The position numbers and the translations under genes are program-made. Of a stretch of DNA of 64,000 nt, positions 1 to 11,883 are shown piece after piece (the stretch's first letter is position 1; each line of letters opens with the position of its first letter). This DNA comes from Chloropicon primus. Its lineage: Eukaryota. The notes beneath the pieces were generated by a model. It had not been told where the DNA came from, searched no databases, and saw only the letters and a program-made list of their open reading frames with translations. The stretch spans positions 372,001 through 436,000 of the forward strand of contig CP060763.1 in NCBI GenBank assembly GCA_023205875.1. The letters are read 5' to 3'.

Positions 1-736
1 CCGCCGAAGGGAACAGGCTTCCGTGCTCCACCTGAGGCAGCAAGCTGATGACCGAGAACGCCACGAACATCAACAGAGTGACGGTGATAAGCGTGACGTT
101 GGTCTTGCAGGTCTCCCCCTCCGGGTCGAAGAACTTGTACATGACGACGACGCCAGCAACGCAGAGGCCATAAGACGCAGACGTGAGCGCCAACAACCCA
201 GCAACCCACCCATAGTGCTCCTTGTTGACCCAAGAGTCGTTCCAAGCGTGAGCGAAGTCCAGCAGTATCATCATTTGCATGATGAGAAACAAGCCAGAAC
301 CAAAACGTGCGAACATCGAGTACACTTCCATGGACTCGTTCGGCAGGAAGAACGGCACGACCTGGAACACGATCCAGGCCATGATCTTCATGAACCATCC
401 TCCCGTGTGGAGCTTCGCTCTCGCTTCTCCCTTGTACTTGACACCAGCAAGCAAGCACGAGAACAGGGCGAAGAAAAGAAAGTTGCCCATGCTGATGCGA
501 TACACCGCTTGCTTCCCAAACCATTCGTCGGACGGCCTGATGCCCATGGTGTCTATCCACGGTATCTTCTTCATCAAAGGTTGCGCGTAGTCTCTCATGA
601 TCCACGACAAGAAGATGCTCACAAGGAAGAGGAACATGTAAGCACCACGAGATACTTTGGATAAACCGTTCACGCAGGACTTGCAGGCCGAGCAAGCGCA
701 CGTCGCCGCGCACGAGCCCAAGCAAGCGCTCGCCAT
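1..736 (-). CDS. Serinc/TDE/TMS1 family multi-pass membrane protein (5' part; runs off window start)
   Basis: Not in the ORF track. Manual translation from the ATG at 736: MASACLGSCAATCACSAC...RGAYMFLFLVSIFLSWIMRDY...WFGKQAVYRISMGNFLFF...LHTGGWFMK...ARFGSGLFLIMQMMILLDFAHAWNDSW. These are characteristic Serinc motifs. Confidence 0.9.
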   Translation of the reverse strand, partial: MASACLGSCAATCACSACKSCVNGLSKVSRGAYMFLFLVSIFLSWIMRDYAQPLMKKIPWIDTMGIRPSDEWFGKQAVYRISMGNFLFFALFSCLLAGVKYKGEARAKLHTGGWFMKIMAWIVFQVVPFFLPNESMEVYSMFARFGSGLFLIMQMMILLDFAHAWNDSWVNKEHYGWVAGLLALTSASYGLCVAGVVVMYKFFDPEGETCKTNVTLITVTLLMFVAFSVISLLPQVEHGSLFPSA

Positions 737-908
737 GCTCAGTGGCGCGGTTATCAAACCTCCCATCCTCTCTCTCTCTCTCTCTCTCTCTCCTCTCCTC
801 TCCTTCAAGTTCACTTCACTTCGAGGGCGACACCAAATGCCTCTCTTCTCTTCTCTTCTCTGCTCTGCCTCTTCGTCTCCGCCCGAGGAGGAGGATGGAC
901 GTTTTGAA

Positions 909-1282
909 GGGACAGGAGGAGGAGGAACGGAACGGAGGAGGAGGAGGCATACATTGGGATTGGGATTGGGATTGGGATCCTTTCTTTCTCTTTCACACTC
1001 TTTCTCTGTCTCTGTCTTTGTCTCGGTCTCTCTTGTGCTGCTGATGCTGCTGCACCCTGACCAGTGTGTCAGCTCCGCGGGGACGTTTATGGCAATGAGG
1101 GGACAGGAGGAGGAGGAACGGAACGGAGGAGGAGGAGGCATACATTGGGATTGGGATTGGGATTGGGATTGGGATCCTTTCTTTCTCTTTCACACTCTTT
1201 CTCTGTCTCTGTCTTTGTCTCGGTCTCTCTTGTGCTGCTGATGCTGCTGCACCCTGACCAGTGTGTCAGCTCCGCGGGGACG
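909..1282. repeat. Tandem duplication of ~180 bp (909-1085 and 1100-1282) containing (TTGGGA)n and (GGA)n
   Basis: Two near-identical copies; the second has one extra TTGGGA unit. Confidence 0.95.
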
Positions 1283-1370
1283 GGGACGGGGAGGACGAGG
1301 GGGTGGGCATGAATCCCGCGAGGAGGCCTGGGTCCTGGGTCCTCGGTGATACAATACAATGCGCGATGGT

Positions 1371-2150
1371 TTATATTTGGTAAGGGTTGAACTTTCTCTT
1401 GGACCTGAGCTCGGCGATCCGCTTTTTGTCTTCCTTGAACTTGCTCTGCAGCTCCAGGATCTCGTTCCTTCTCTGCTCCCTCCGCTGAAAGTGATAAAAG
1501 CCCTGGTGAAGCGAAGCTTCCTTCCTGTTGGACTCGGCCCTGACCTTGGAGACGGCTTGCAAGTTAACCCCGGAGCCGTCTTGGTTCTTGTGCCTGGCCC
1601 CCTTCCTGGTTCTCACCACAGTCCAGCCGTCGCCCGCCGCGGCGGCCTCCCTGGCCCTCCTCTCCTCCTCCTCCTCCGCCTCCTTCTCCTCAATAAACGT
1701 ATTCACCCTCTCCAGCAAAACCTCGTTCCCAGGACGCTTCCTCCTGTACTCCATCACCAACCCATACGCACCATCCCTCCCACCACCCTGTTCCCCATCC
1801 TCCAGGTCCAACACCATGCCCTCTGCCTTATCACTCAGCACCGCATCCCTCGCCTCCGCCTTCTCGAACACGACGATCCCGGTCTTCCTCTTCTTGTCCT
1901 TGTGAATCACGCATCCCTCCACATTGCCGAACACCCCGAACCCATCACACAACCCTTCACTCGTCATCCCTTCCGGCACACCATTCAACAACACCGTCCT
2001 CTCTCTCCTCTCCATCCCTTCGCCATCGTCTTCGCCATCCCCAACCTTGGGCAAACTCCTAGCGATGAGAAGCCGGACGAAGCTCGTACCTTTCAAGCGG
2101 ATCCTCAAGTGCTGCGTCACTTCCCTCGACTTGCGCTTCCGCTTCGTCAT
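1371..2150 (-). CDS. RRP7: Ribosomal RNA-processing protein 7 (RRM + RRP7 C-terminal domain)
   Basis: C-terminus DGWTVV...FYHFQRREQRRNEILELQSKFKEDKKRIAELRSKRKFNPY. Probable start MTKRKRK at 2150. Confidence 0.88.
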   Translation of the reverse strand: MTKRKRKSREVTQHLRIRLKGTSFVRLLIARSLPKVGDGEDDGEGMERRERTVLLNGVPEGMTSEGLCDGFGVFGNVEGCVIHKDKKRKTGIVVFEKAEARDAVLSDKAEGMVLDLEDGEQGGGRDGAYGLVMEYRRKRPGNEVLLERVNTFIEEKEAEEEEERRAREAAAAGDGWTVVRTRKGARHKNQDGSGVNLQAVSKVRAESNRKEASLHQGFYHFQRREQRRNEILELQSKFKEDKKRIAELRSKRKFNPYQI

Positions 2151-2230
2151 CCTCCTCCTCTCCTCTCCTCTCTGCGCTGCGCTGCGCTCTTCCTCCCAGG
2201 ACGGCGCCACTTTGCTCTTGGCTTTGGCGA

Positions 2231-2536
2231 GCGAGGGAGGAGGAACACTTTTGTGGAGCCAAGGGGAGGACGAGGGCGAGGGAAGGAGGGGAGGAGGGCG
2301 ACGGTTGTCGATAGTACGTCTCACGGGCTTTCCGTCGATACCTTGGTCGACCCGAGTGGCGTCCTGAGTGATCGAGAACACTGGAACGAACGAACGAGTG
2401 TGCTGGATCTCGTGAAGCAAGCGAGGGAGGAGGAACACACTTTTGTGGAGGACGAGGGCGAGGGAAGGAGGGGAGGAGGGCGACGGGTGTCGATAGAACG
2501 TCTCACGGGCTTTCCGTCGATACCTTACTCGACCCG
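2231..2536. repeat. Imperfect direct repeat of ~120 bp (2231-2354 and 2421-2536) in the RRP7/CWC21 divergent promoter
   Basis: Both copies read gcgagggaggaggaacac...acgtctcacgggctttccgtcgatacctt..tcgacccg. Confidence 0.9.
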
Positions 2537-2725
2537 CTTCGACGGGAAGAAGTGTTTGGTTTGCTGGTGTTATTGATCGATTCACCAGGTTGTGCTTGCG
2601 CTGCTGTTGAGGGAGGAGACCTCTGATTGGAAGGAAGGGACGAGAGGAAAGGGGAGGTGTCCTTGTGCGCGTGCCGATTCGATTGGTTGGTTGATTGATC
2701 GATTGATACATCGGTGCAGGCGGCG

Positions 2726-3562
2726 ATGTACAACGGAATAGGTTTGCAAACGGCTCGAGGGTCGGGCACGAGTGGCCACGTCCAGGAGAACAAGTTCAGT
2801 GACAGGCGGAGGAGGAGCGGTGTGGGGAACAGGGACTGGCGCAGTGGAGCCTCCAGGGCAGAGCCTAGCATCCGTAGGAAGCCGAATGAGGACCTCCTGG
2901 AGCACGAGAGGAAGCGAAAGATCGAGGTGGAGCTCTTCAAGCTACGGGATGACTTGGAAGACGAGGGGAAGCATTCAGAGGAGGAGATAGAGAAGAGGGT
3001 TGGGGAGCTGAGGGCCAAGCTTGAAGCCGCGGCCGCCCAGGGCGGAGGGAGGCGGGAGAGGGGTAGGGGTCGGTTCGATGTGCCCCAGGACACGCACGCC
3101 GTGGCGGACAGGAAAGCCAAGCAGATGAGAAACCTCGCCCGAGCCCTGCGCGTGGATCCCGAACTGAAGGAGGGGCAGGCCTTTGACAGGGAGCTTCAGG
3201 AGCAGAAGAAGCAGGAGATGCTGGAAGAGAGGGACAAGTTCCGGATGGAGGCCGAGGCCAGGAGCGAGAAGAGGAGGCGGGAGCGGGAAGAGAGAACAAA
3301 GGGGGGCCGCAAGGACGGCGGAGAAGGGGAGGCGGGGACGAAGGCGAGGGGGAGGTCTCCACCCGCAGCGAGGAAAAAGAGGAGCAGGAGGGACAGATCG
3401 CCCTCGGCGTCTTACAGCTATTACAGCGACAGCTATAGTTATAGCTACAGCGACAGCGAGGGGGACGAAGAAGCGGGAAAGAAATCCCCGCCTCCGCGGC
3501 AGGCCAGGGGAAGGTCGGGGTCGTATTCCAGCTACAGCTACAGCTATTCGCCTTCGCGGTGA
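2726..3562 (+). CDS. CWC21: Pre-mRNA splicing factor CWC21/SRRM2-like
   Basis: MYNGIGLQTARGSGTSGHVQ N-terminus, cwf21 domain (LEHERKRKIEVEL) and RS-rich tail. Confidence 0.92.
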   Translation: MYNGIGLQTARGSGTSGHVQENKFSDRRRRSGVGNRDWRSGASRAEPSIRRKPNEDLLEHERKRKIEVELFKLRDDLEDEGKHSEEEIEKRVGELRAKLEAAAAQGGGRRERGRGRFDVPQDTHAVADRKAKQMRNLARALRVDPELKEGQAFDRELQEQKKQEMLEERDKFRMEAEARSEKRRREREERTKGGRKDGGEGEAGTKARGRSPPAARKKRSRRDRSPSASYSYYSDSYSYSYSDSEGDEEAGKKSPPPRQARGRSGSYSSYSYSYSPSR

Positions 3563-3642
3563 CAACGTGGATCCTTTTGTTTAAAGCAAGTTTTGAAGAA
3601 CAAGTTTCGTGCACACTCCGGAGACGCTTTTCACCTCGTGGG

Positions 3643-4439
3643 TCACTCCAAGTCGAGGACGTTTGGAATCTGCTCCACGTCGGACGGCTCCCAGCCCGCT
3701 CCCGTTCTCTTGGTCTTCACGTTGGACGGAACAGAGTCGCCGTACGAGGGGGGCAAAGGGTTATCGCCAATCGACCTCACCAGGGGGTCTCTCTTGTACA
3801 CGTCGAGCCCCTTGTCACCCCAAGGCGCGGGCAGGTCCTCCGGCTTGACGAGTTCGCCCGTCCTGTAAGCCTCCGCCACGGCCTCGTCGGGGTCCTCGTT
3901 CTCCGCGCTCGCCGCCGCTTTCCTGATGGCGACTCCAGGCGGTGGCGGAGTATCCGTCGCCAGCCTCGCAGTCAGTGACCAGTGCGGGAACTGCTCGATC
4001 CACTGCAGGAAGGAGTACTGCTTCACGAGGGTGGTCTCCTCATCCACCAGAGGGTCCCTGCAAAACCGCTTGCCAATCACTCTTTCGGTCGGTCCGAAGC
4101 TCAGGCAAAGCCTCTCGGGATCCGCGGAGATCATGGCAGAGATCCTCTCCTTGAGCGCCTTGACCGAATCGTTCGGCGAGACGTCCACCGTGTACACCTC
4201 ACCCGAGCCATCCACTGCGAAGCGAACGGAGAGAAGAGGAAAAACGTAGGGTCAGTCATATCGCGGAGGATTGTGGACGAAAAGAGAGAGAGAGAGAGAG
4301 AGGAGAGGTGGGGAATGAGAGGTGACGTACCGACGTGCTCCCCGTGGTTCACCTTGATGGTCACCTGCTTCGTTTGGTCTCCGCCTCCACCCATGGTCTT
4401 CCTCGAGAAAAGTCCCTTCACCTTCTCGCCCTCGAGCAT
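3643..4439 (-). CDS. Ubiquitin-like domain protein of unknown function; 2 exons (4439-4331, 4214-3643)
   Basis: GT-AG intron 4330-4215 joins the frames. VTIKV...YTVDVSPNDSVKALKERISA...ERLCLSFG resembles a ubiquitin fold. Confidence 0.65.
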
Positions 4440-4616
4440 CCGGCCGCCGAGCGAAAATTGCCCAATTTTTGAAACGGCAGAGCCGTTACTCTGGGGAGGG
4501 GGGGTGGGATCAAGTGTCCGATGTCCATGGTTGGATGTGTTGTCTTCGCCCGTTGGTGAGGCAAGGCCACACGCGAATTAAATGTATTGCACACGGTTTT
4601 CTTTTTAATTTTAATC

Positions 4617-7073
4617 TTACGCCTCGATCGACACGTCAGGCTCCAAGGAGCCTCTTGGAGTCTCGATGGAGGGCACGTCGGCACTCTCATCGGAGGTGGT
4701 CAGGGAAAGAACCTGCTTGATCTGGGTCTGGTTGAGGGTCTCCCTCTCGATCAAGGCTTTGGCGAGCTTGTGCAGCTCCTTTGATCGAGCCTGGAGGAGG
4801 GTCCTCACCCTGGCCTCCGCGTCCTTGAGAAGGTCCACCACCTCCGTGTCGATCTGCTTCTGCATCTGGGAGCTCTGGGACCTGAAGTCGTCCACGTAGA
4901 TCGGGCCAACGGCCTCGCTCATCCCGCACTCCGCGACCATGTGCCTGGCGAGTCTCGTGGCCTGCTGCAGGTCGCTCGTCGCACCGGTGGTGACCTTGTC
5001 CTCCCCGAAGATGAGCTCCTCCGCCACCCTGCCCCCCATGCACACGTCCAGCTTGGCGAGGAGCTGCTCCTTACTGACGGAAGTCTGGTCCTTGTCCGGA
5101 ATCTGGGTGACCATGCCCAAGGCGCTGCCCCTGGGCATGATCGTGGCCTTGTGCACGGGCATGGTCGCCTTGGTGAACAAGGCCACAATGGCGTGGCCAG
5201 CCTCGTGGTAGGCGGTGAGCTTCTTCGACTCCTCGCTGATCAGCATGCTTTTCCTCTCCGCTCCCATCAGGATCTTGTCCTTGCTCACATCGATCGCGAG
5301 GGCGTCGATGGCCTCCTTGCCATCCTTCGCGGCGGCGCAAGCTGCGGTGTTGAGCAAGTTGTACAAGTCGGCTCCGCTGAAGCCCACCGTGCCCCTGGCA
5401 ATGACGGTGGCGTCCACGTCAGGGGATATGGGCTTGTCCTTCATGTAGAGCTCGAGGATCTCCTTCCTTCCCTGGTAGTCCGGAATGGACACCACGACGT
5501 GCCTGTCGAACCTACCAGGCCTCGTCAAGGCCGCATCGAGCGTCTCCGGAAGGTTGGTGGCCGCCATCACGATGATCCCTTGGTTCTCCTCGAAGCCGTC
5601 CATCTCCACCAAGAGCTGGTTCAGCGTCTTCCTCGTGTGGGACTCCCACTGCTTCCTGCTTCCACCCACAGCGTCGATCTCGTCGATGAAGATGATGCAG
5701 GGGCCCTTCTTCTTCGCAGCAGAGAACAGCGACCTCACCCTCCTGGAGCCCACGCCCACGAACATCTCCTCGAATTCCGAGCCTGCTCTGTAGAAAAAGG
5801 GAACCCCGGCCTCTCCCGCCGTGGCCCTGGCCAGCAAGGTCTTGCCCGTCCCGGGGGGGCCGGTCAGCAAGATTCCCTTTGGCAACTTTCCACCCAGCCT
5901 GGTGAACTTTCCCGGGTTCTTGAGGTACTCCACGACCTCCTCCAGCTCAGCCTTGGCCTCGTCGCAACCCTTGACGTCCTTGAAGGTTTTCACGCTCTTC
6001 TCCGGCATGTTCTCCTTGTTGTACTCCTTGGGGGCGTAGGCCGAATTCCCTCCGCTCTGGAGCGAGTTCGAGCTCTGCGTCGTGGTTTGCATCCCCATGT
6101 ACCTCCTGGTGAGCGCACTTCCAGTGAGCCACAAGAAAGAAAACATGCAGACCAGCATCATGGAGTACAACAGGTCCGAGATCCTGAACTCTTTGGCCTG
6201 CTTCCCCGGGCCCAAGCCGTTGGACCCGACGACGACCACGTGCAGCGGCTCGCTGCTGGAGCCTTCCGTCGTTCTCTGCAGGCTCGAGGCGTCACCAAAC
6301 CCCTTGGAGAGGGAAACGAGGCGGACTAAGAGCCTTGTGATGCCGAGGGAGTCTGAGCTGCCGTCCAGGCCATCCACGCGATCGAACTGCCCCTCCCCGC
6401 TTCTGCCCTTGTCGTGCATGGCATAATCCTCTATCCTCTTCGAGAACACGAGAGCTTTGAGGTACTCTGCGACGACCTGAGGGCCGGTGGCGAACCCTCC
6501 CCTGTCCACCTTGGTGACCACGGCCCTCGGCGAGACCTCCAGCAAGGCACGGAGGTAGTTGGCCTGGATCGCCTCGTCCGAGGGATTGTCCAGGGCGCTC
6601 TGCCTGAGCCGCCTCAGCTTCCTTCTGCGACGCCTGTTACCGAAGGGCCAGACGAAATCCCGCACTTGGAGAGCAAGGGATTGAATAACCCCCCCTCTCG
6701 AGGATTTGGAACCAGCCGCACCGCTCTGAGCAACCCCAACAGCCTGGGTCCCAGCAGGTGCCTCCGCGGCGGTGGTCACCCCTTCTTCCCTGGTGCCGGC
6801 GTCCTCCTCCCCACCAGGTCTCTCCTCTCCCGAGACCTCGCCGCCTTCCGCTCTGCAAGCGACCCCTTGTGCACTGCTGCACGTCCCCAAGCCAAGGGGC
6901 AACGGGAGGGATCGACGTGCTCTTGCACAGGCTGTCCTCCTCCTCGTTCTTCGCGCCCTCGTCCTCACGACGGAAAGACGGAAGGGCGAGGCCTGGCTGG
7001 TCCCTCCGACATCACAAGCCGCCACCGCTGCCTGCCGCCTGCTCCCTCCCAACGCCGTCCCCGTCGGCGCCAT
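4617..7073 (-). CDS. ATP-dependent zinc metalloprotease FtsH, i-AAA (FtsH11/FtsH4/Yme1-like), organelle-targeted
   Basis: Walker A GPPGTGKT, Walker [12 protein letters not shown] motif RPGRFDR and HEAGH zinc site. Transit-peptide-like N-terminus; start assumed at MAPTG (7073). Confidence 0.93.
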   Translation of the reverse strand: MAPTGTALGGSRRQAAVAACDVGGTSQASPFRLSVVRTRARRTRRRTACARARRSLPLPLGLGTCSSAQGVACRAEGGEVSGEERPGGEEDAGTREEGVTTAAEAPAGTQAVGVAQSGAAGSKSSRGGVIQSLALQVRDFVWPFGNRRRRRKLRRLRQSALDNPSDEAIQANYLRALLEVSPRAVVTKVDRGGFATGPQVVAEYLKALVFSKRIEDYAMHDKGRSGEGQFDRVDGLDGSSDSLGITRLLVRLVSLSKGFGDASSLQRTTEGSSSEPLHVVVVGSNGLGPGKQAKEFRISDLLYSMMLVCMFSFLWLTGSALTRRYMGMQTTTQSSNSLQSGGNSAYAPKEYNKENMPEKSVKTFKDVKGCDEAKAELEEVVEYLKNPGKFTRLGGKLPKGILLTGPPGTGKTLLARATAGEAGVPFFYRAGSEFEEMFVGVGSRRVRSLFSAAKKKGPCIIFIDEIDAVGGSRKQWESHTRKTLNQLLVEMDGFEENQGIIVMAATNLPETLDAALTRPGRFDRHVVVSIPDYQGRKEILELYMKDKPISPDVDATVIARGTVGFSGADLYNLLNTAACAAAKDGKEAIDALAIDVSKDKILMGAERKSMLISEESKKLTAYHEAGHAIVALFTKATMPVHKATIMPRGSALGMVTQIPDKDQTSVSKEQLLAKLDVCMGGRVAEELIFGEDKVTTGATSDLQQATRLARHMVAECGMSEAVGPIYVDDFRSQSSQMQKQIDTEVVDLLKDAEARVRTLLQARSKELHKLAKALIERETLNQTQIKQVLSLTTSDESADVPSIETPRGSLEPDVSIEA

Positions 7074-7627
7074 AACCCTCTTCCACACCTCCTCACTCCT
7101 CAGGAGTCCAACCGACGAACCAAAACACGTTTCAGTCTCGCAAATCTTCACCACCGAGTCGTTTCCTTCCGCAGAGGGCTCGAGAGAAAGAGCGGGACGT
7201 GACTGTTTCGCTCGTGATCGCGTTCGAACCCCTCCTCTCCCTCCTCGCTCGCCGTGGCTGTCCCTTTCAAACCACCTCTCCTTATCCGCTACAGCGATTC
7301 TGCGGTCGGTGGTCTCCAACTCGAGAGAGAGAGAGCGAGGATCTGATGGATGGATAGGATCGAGGTTCCAAGGACTTGCCGCTTTGATTGATGATGGAGT
7401 GGAGGATGAGACTGGACCTCTTCATGGGCTTTGGTTCGGGTGAACTCAAGCCCGCCCCGCCCCCCACTAAACCAGACAAAAAAACCTTTGATGAAACAAA
7501 ACTCTGTGTTGTGCCGTGCCACGAGCGAGGACGCGGAAGCAGGGAAAGCCCCTGGAAGGGGGGAGGGGCGGCTTGCGGTGAGGAAAAAATAGGAATAATT
7601 AGATGCACATGCGTAGGATTCACTTCT

Positions 7628-8683
7628 TCACTTGTCGTCCTTTTCCAGCGTCCGGATCAGGTGGTGAAGCCTGTTGGACTCGGCGTAAAGGGACGCGAAG
7701 GAGGAAAGGTTGTCGATCACGATGGAGGCCGCATCCATCACCCGCCCGAATGCTATGGCCGCCTGGGTGATCACCCCGAGCTCGATCTGATTCTTAAAAT
7801 AGGGATTGCTCAAGACCAAGGTCGGGATGAGAATCGTGAGGTACCCGTACGTCGACGTGAAGATTTCCAGCTTGGTGTTCCAGGAGATGCGCGCGCCGAG
7901 GACCTCCACGAGATCCGCGAGGATCCTCGTGAACTTATCCAGCGGCTCCCTTCTCACGACCCCCGCCCGCAAGTTCCCCTCCTTCAGCGACGTCTGGTAA
8001 GCGAGCCTGGAGAGCTGCTTGGAGAAGAGAGCGACCACAGCGAGAGTTCCCGCCGCAGCGTACAAAACGAGTATGAGCACGAGGACCTTGGATATCTTCC
8101 ACAGGATCACGGTAAAGGAAATGGTGCTGATGGTGTACCTGAAAGTCAGGAGAGAGAGGTCGATCACCCGGTCGGCGAAGCTGGCAGCATCCTCGCAGAT
8201 GCGCTGATCAATGTTGTCGACCCCGCTCGTCTCTCGCCCTTTCCTCAGCACCACGAGATGCCGCGTCAGCCACTCGCGGAACCGCAGCGTGCTCAGGCTC
8301 ACCGTGAAGTAGTAGCCACCGGCCACGGGGACAACGACGGCGACGATGCCGACGAACTTTGCCAATGCCAGCCAGAATTCTTCCTGGTTCCGAGTCGCCA
8401 TCGCTGTGCTCATGTCCCTCTCGGCGTAGGACGTGAGCACAGCGAGCGCGGTGTGGCCCGCGGCCAGGGCAAAGACGAGGGCAAGCCGCAAGAGGGCCGA
8501 ACCCCGCCTCTCGCTGCTGAAGTACGGCCCAATCACAGCAACCACGGATCCCAAACCCACACCCTGACTGATCTCCTCCTCCTCCCCCGCGCAGAGCGCC
8601 AGCGTGCTTCTTCTCGTGACGCTCCTCAAAGTCGTCGGCTCCGTGTGCCTCCTCGTCAGGAGCGAAACGCTCTCCACGTCCAT
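7628..8683 (-). CDS. ABC transporter subfamily D/SbmA-BacA-like transmembrane-domain-only protein
   Basis: LRFREWLT, DNIDQRICED, ISFTVILW, IELGVITQAAIAFGRV and RL motifs are present. No Walker A/B before the stop. Confidence 0.7.
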   Translation of the reverse strand: MDVESVSLLTRRHTEPTTLRSVTRRSTLALCAGEEEEISQGVGLGSVVAVIGPYFSSERRGSALLRLALVFALAAGHTALAVLTSYAERDMSTAMATRNQEEFWLALAKFVGIVAVVVPVAGGYYFTVSLSTLRFREWLTRHLVVLRKGRETSGVDNIDQRICEDAASFADRVIDLSLLTFRYTISTISFTVILWKISKVLVLILVLYAAAGTLAVVALFSKQLSRLAYQTSLKEGNLRAGVVRREPLDKFTRILADLVEVLGARISWNTKLEIFTSTYGYLTILIPTLVLSNPYFKNQIELGVITQAAIAFGRVMDAASIVIDNLSSFASLYAESNRLHHLIRTLEKDDK

Positions 8684-9138
8684 CCCGTCAACTCCTCGCT
8701 CCTCCCACGCGCATTAACATCCCTCCCGACACATGCTTGCTCCGAGGCGCCATGGCGAGGATCCTCCCCATCATCTCAGCCGTTACGAAAAGCCACCGAG
8801 CGTTACCGAGCGTTTCGTTTTTCCACATATCGGAGAAGAACGACGACGACGAGCGGCGAAGGCGAAGGGAAGAAGGTGAGGAGAGAGAGAGAGAGAGAGA
8901 CGCGCGAGCGAGGGGGGAGGTTCACGGGCGCAACGAACCCGAGGCCTCTTCCCGACCTTTCGAAAGAGCCCGAACTCGAAGAGAGTGGCGAGAGTTTTGA
9001 GGAACTGAAAGAGCAAAGTCTTCGTTTTCGTGGTTTGCTCTTCACGCTGCCAAAGCCGGAGCGTCGGTGGCTGAGAGAGAAAGTGCGTCTTCGTTGTTTT
9101 ACTCTTTTTTGTTCGGAGGGAAGGGAACGGCCTGCGCG

Positions 9139-9411
9139 ATGACGATTTCTTTGACGGTTCAGCCTCGCGTCCAGCGCGAGAAATGGAGCTTGTACTGGAA
9201 AGAGAGCATGAGCACGAAGACGGACATCCTCGACCCGGTGGTCTTGAGCGTGGACGAGAAGAAGACGAAGGTAAGTCGCGGGAAATCTTGGTACACCAAG
9301 CAGCCACGCCACGGAGGCCGGCCGATGAGCGCGCCCTTGGCCGCGGTGGCGCAGCATCAGGGCTTAACCGACGAGGGGTCGAAGACGAGTTCACTCACCC
9401 ATTCTTCCCTG

Positions 9412-9456
<45 letters not shown>

Positions 9457-9848
9457 ACACAGGTTGGAGACGTTTTGCAGATGGTGAGCTCTCGCATGTC
9501 GTGGCCCCCGAAGCAGGAGCTCCTTCGCCTGGAGGGCTTTGAGGAGCCATGGGAGCTCTGCGTCCTGAATGGAAAAGAGTGCATGGAGGACCAAACCCTT
9601 GCCGACTGCGGCATCACAAAGGAGAATAGCACTGTCACGACCGTCAGAAAAGTTCTCGTCGCGGAAGGTGAGAAATCCAACAATCGAATCCTCTTCTTGC
9701 TCCGGCCTTCCGCCCAGCGAGGGCGGCAACAAAAAACAAGAGCTAACTCCTCTCCCTTTTTGTCAACGCGCTTTGCTTCTTCTTTTCAGGGTGGAAAATC
9801 AAAACGGGAGGACTCGATGACTCCGACACAGACGAGGATGATTTCTAA
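9139..9848 (+). CDS. Small protein with possible ubiquitin-like fold; 3 exons (9139-9270, 9463-9667, 9790-9848)
   Basis: Canonical GT-AG introns keep the frame. Contains VLNGKECMEDQTLADCGI and an acidic tail. Confidence 0.6.
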
Positions 9849-10380
9849 TTCTCGTGCCGTCCTTTTGCATGGGATCCCAAGCGTGACCCATCATCTCCTG
9901 CTGCTGCGCCAAACCGCGCGCATCGCAAGCTTGTAAATACATTCACACAACTGTGCTTCTTTTTCCACCCTTGATCGCATGATAACAACCGAAGGTGCAG
10001 CACCCGCGAGAAGGGCATCATCGGAAGGTCCCCTCTCGTGCCATCCCTCTACCATTACTCTTCTTCGCCCCCCTCCTCTCCATCACTCACTCACTTGATC
10101 AGCAAGACAGGAGACGGAAGTGATGATGACGATGACAGAAGGCACTCTCATGTGAAAGGCAAGCCAAGGAGGGGAGGAGCATCCCTAGAAGGGCAATCCC
10201 AAGAAGCACCCAGGTCCCCCTCTGCTCCCTCTTACCATTACTCTCTACCATTACTCTTCTTCGTCCCCCTCTCCCTCTCCATCCCTTGATCAGACGAGGT
10301 CCCCTGATCCTGATCCACTTTGCTCTGGCCGCTAGCGACGAGCGACGGCAGCGACGGAGAGGTGAACGAGGAGAGGAGGA

Positions 10381-10720
10381 ATGGTGGTTCTCATGGGACG
10401 GGAGGGCCTTACCTCGTCATGCCGGACACATCCTCATCCTCAGCTTCAAGGAACATCTTCCGTTTCCGCAAGGAGGAAGGAAACCAGCAACGGAAGGACG
10501 AGGACGAGGAAGCGCAGCCACCCACGTGTCGTCATCGTGTCTGCAGGGAGTTCCATCAAACCTTCGAGGTCTTCCCAAATGAAAGCGACGGACTTCTTGA
10601 GGACGCACTTGAAAACTTTGGCGCCTTACACGCCCATCGAGCCCTTTGAGGTCCTCTCGCAGAAACTTGGAAGGTAAAGCCACACGAAACCAACAACGAT
10701 GAACTTGTCTTCGATTCACA

Positions 10721-10779
<59 letters not shown>

Positions 10780-11839
10780 CTGACTGTCGTGTTCCGATTG
10801 GTTGCTTGATTGCTTGTTTGTTTGCTGCAGGGCGCCTGGTGACATCGTGAAGCTCGATGCGAACGAGAATCCTTACGGGCCACCACCTGAGGTGCTGGAT
10901 GCCCTGGGAACCATGAAGTTCCCGAACATATATCCAGACCCTGAGTGCAGGCGGTTGAGGGGGCTGCTTGCTGATTACGTGGGGGTTCCGGCCGAGAACA
11001 TTCTCGTGGGGTGCGGCGCGGACGAGCTCATCGACCTTCTGATGCGGTGTGTCCTGGAACCAGGAGACACGATAGTAGACACGCCGCCAACGTTCACCAT
11101 GTATGCCTTCGATGCGGACGTCAACGCCGCGAAGACGGTGCAAGTGCCAAGGCTGGACGGCTTCAAAATCGACGTGGACGGCGTGAGCGAGGCGGTGAGG
11201 GAGCACGGCGCGAAGATCCTCTTCGTCACCTCGCCCAACAATCCGGATGGGGGTGTCATCTCTGACAAGGATCTCCGGAGGCTGCTGGACCTGCCATGCT
11301 TGGTGGTGCTCGATGAGGCGTACATCGAGTTCGCAAAGGAGGACAGCAGGTCAAGCTGGGTGCTGGAAAGGGAGAACATGGTCGTCTTTCGGACGTTCAG
11401 CAAGAGCGCGGGCCTCGCGGGATTGAGAGTTGGTTACGGCATCTTTCCGACCGATCTGATCACCTACTTGTGGAGGGCGAAGCAGCCGTACAACGTGTCG
11501 GCTGCAGCGGAGTTGGCTGCCTGCACCGCTCTGGAGAATGTGGACTACATGAACACGGTCAGAGATATGCTCGTCCAGGAGAGGGGTGTGCTCATGAGGG
11601 AGCTGGACAGCATTTGGTTTCTGGAGCCGTTCCGATCGCAGAGCAACTTCATACTGTGCAAAGTGACGGGGGGAACAGAAGCCCACGAGCTCAAGCAGAA
11701 GCTGCAGAATGAGTACGGCGTGATGGTGAGGCACTACAACAAGGCTTTGCTGAACGGTTACATCCGGATATCGGTCGGGAAGCCTGAGCAGCACGTGGTT
11801 CTGATGGCGGCCTTGAGGGATATTGCGGACAAGCTCTGA
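10381..11839 (+). CDS. HISN6: Histidinol-phosphate aminotransferase, plastid; intron 10674-10830
   Basis: YTPIEPFEVLS|KLDANENPYGPP, SPNNPDG, DEAYIEF and the PLP lysine motif RTFSKSAGLAGLRVGY. Confidence 0.95.
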
Positions 11840-11883
11840 AAAAGTTTTTTGTGTGTGAACAATGTTTCGTTGGCTTTACAAGG

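Noticed and set aside
23..664. + strand 213-aa ORF at window start
   Set aside because: Antisense to the Serinc gene on the - strand.
4941..6329. Long antisense ORFs (e.g. 4941-6329, 7388-9142, 20794-22236, 24635-25846, 56390-57847, 60566-61978)
   Set aside because: Shadow frames opposite well-supported genes, expected from GC3-rich codon usage; no recognisable motifs.
10027..10290. Short repeated ctctaccattactcttcttcg units upstream of HisC
   Set aside because: Low-complexity local duplication with no identifiable RNA or coding signal.
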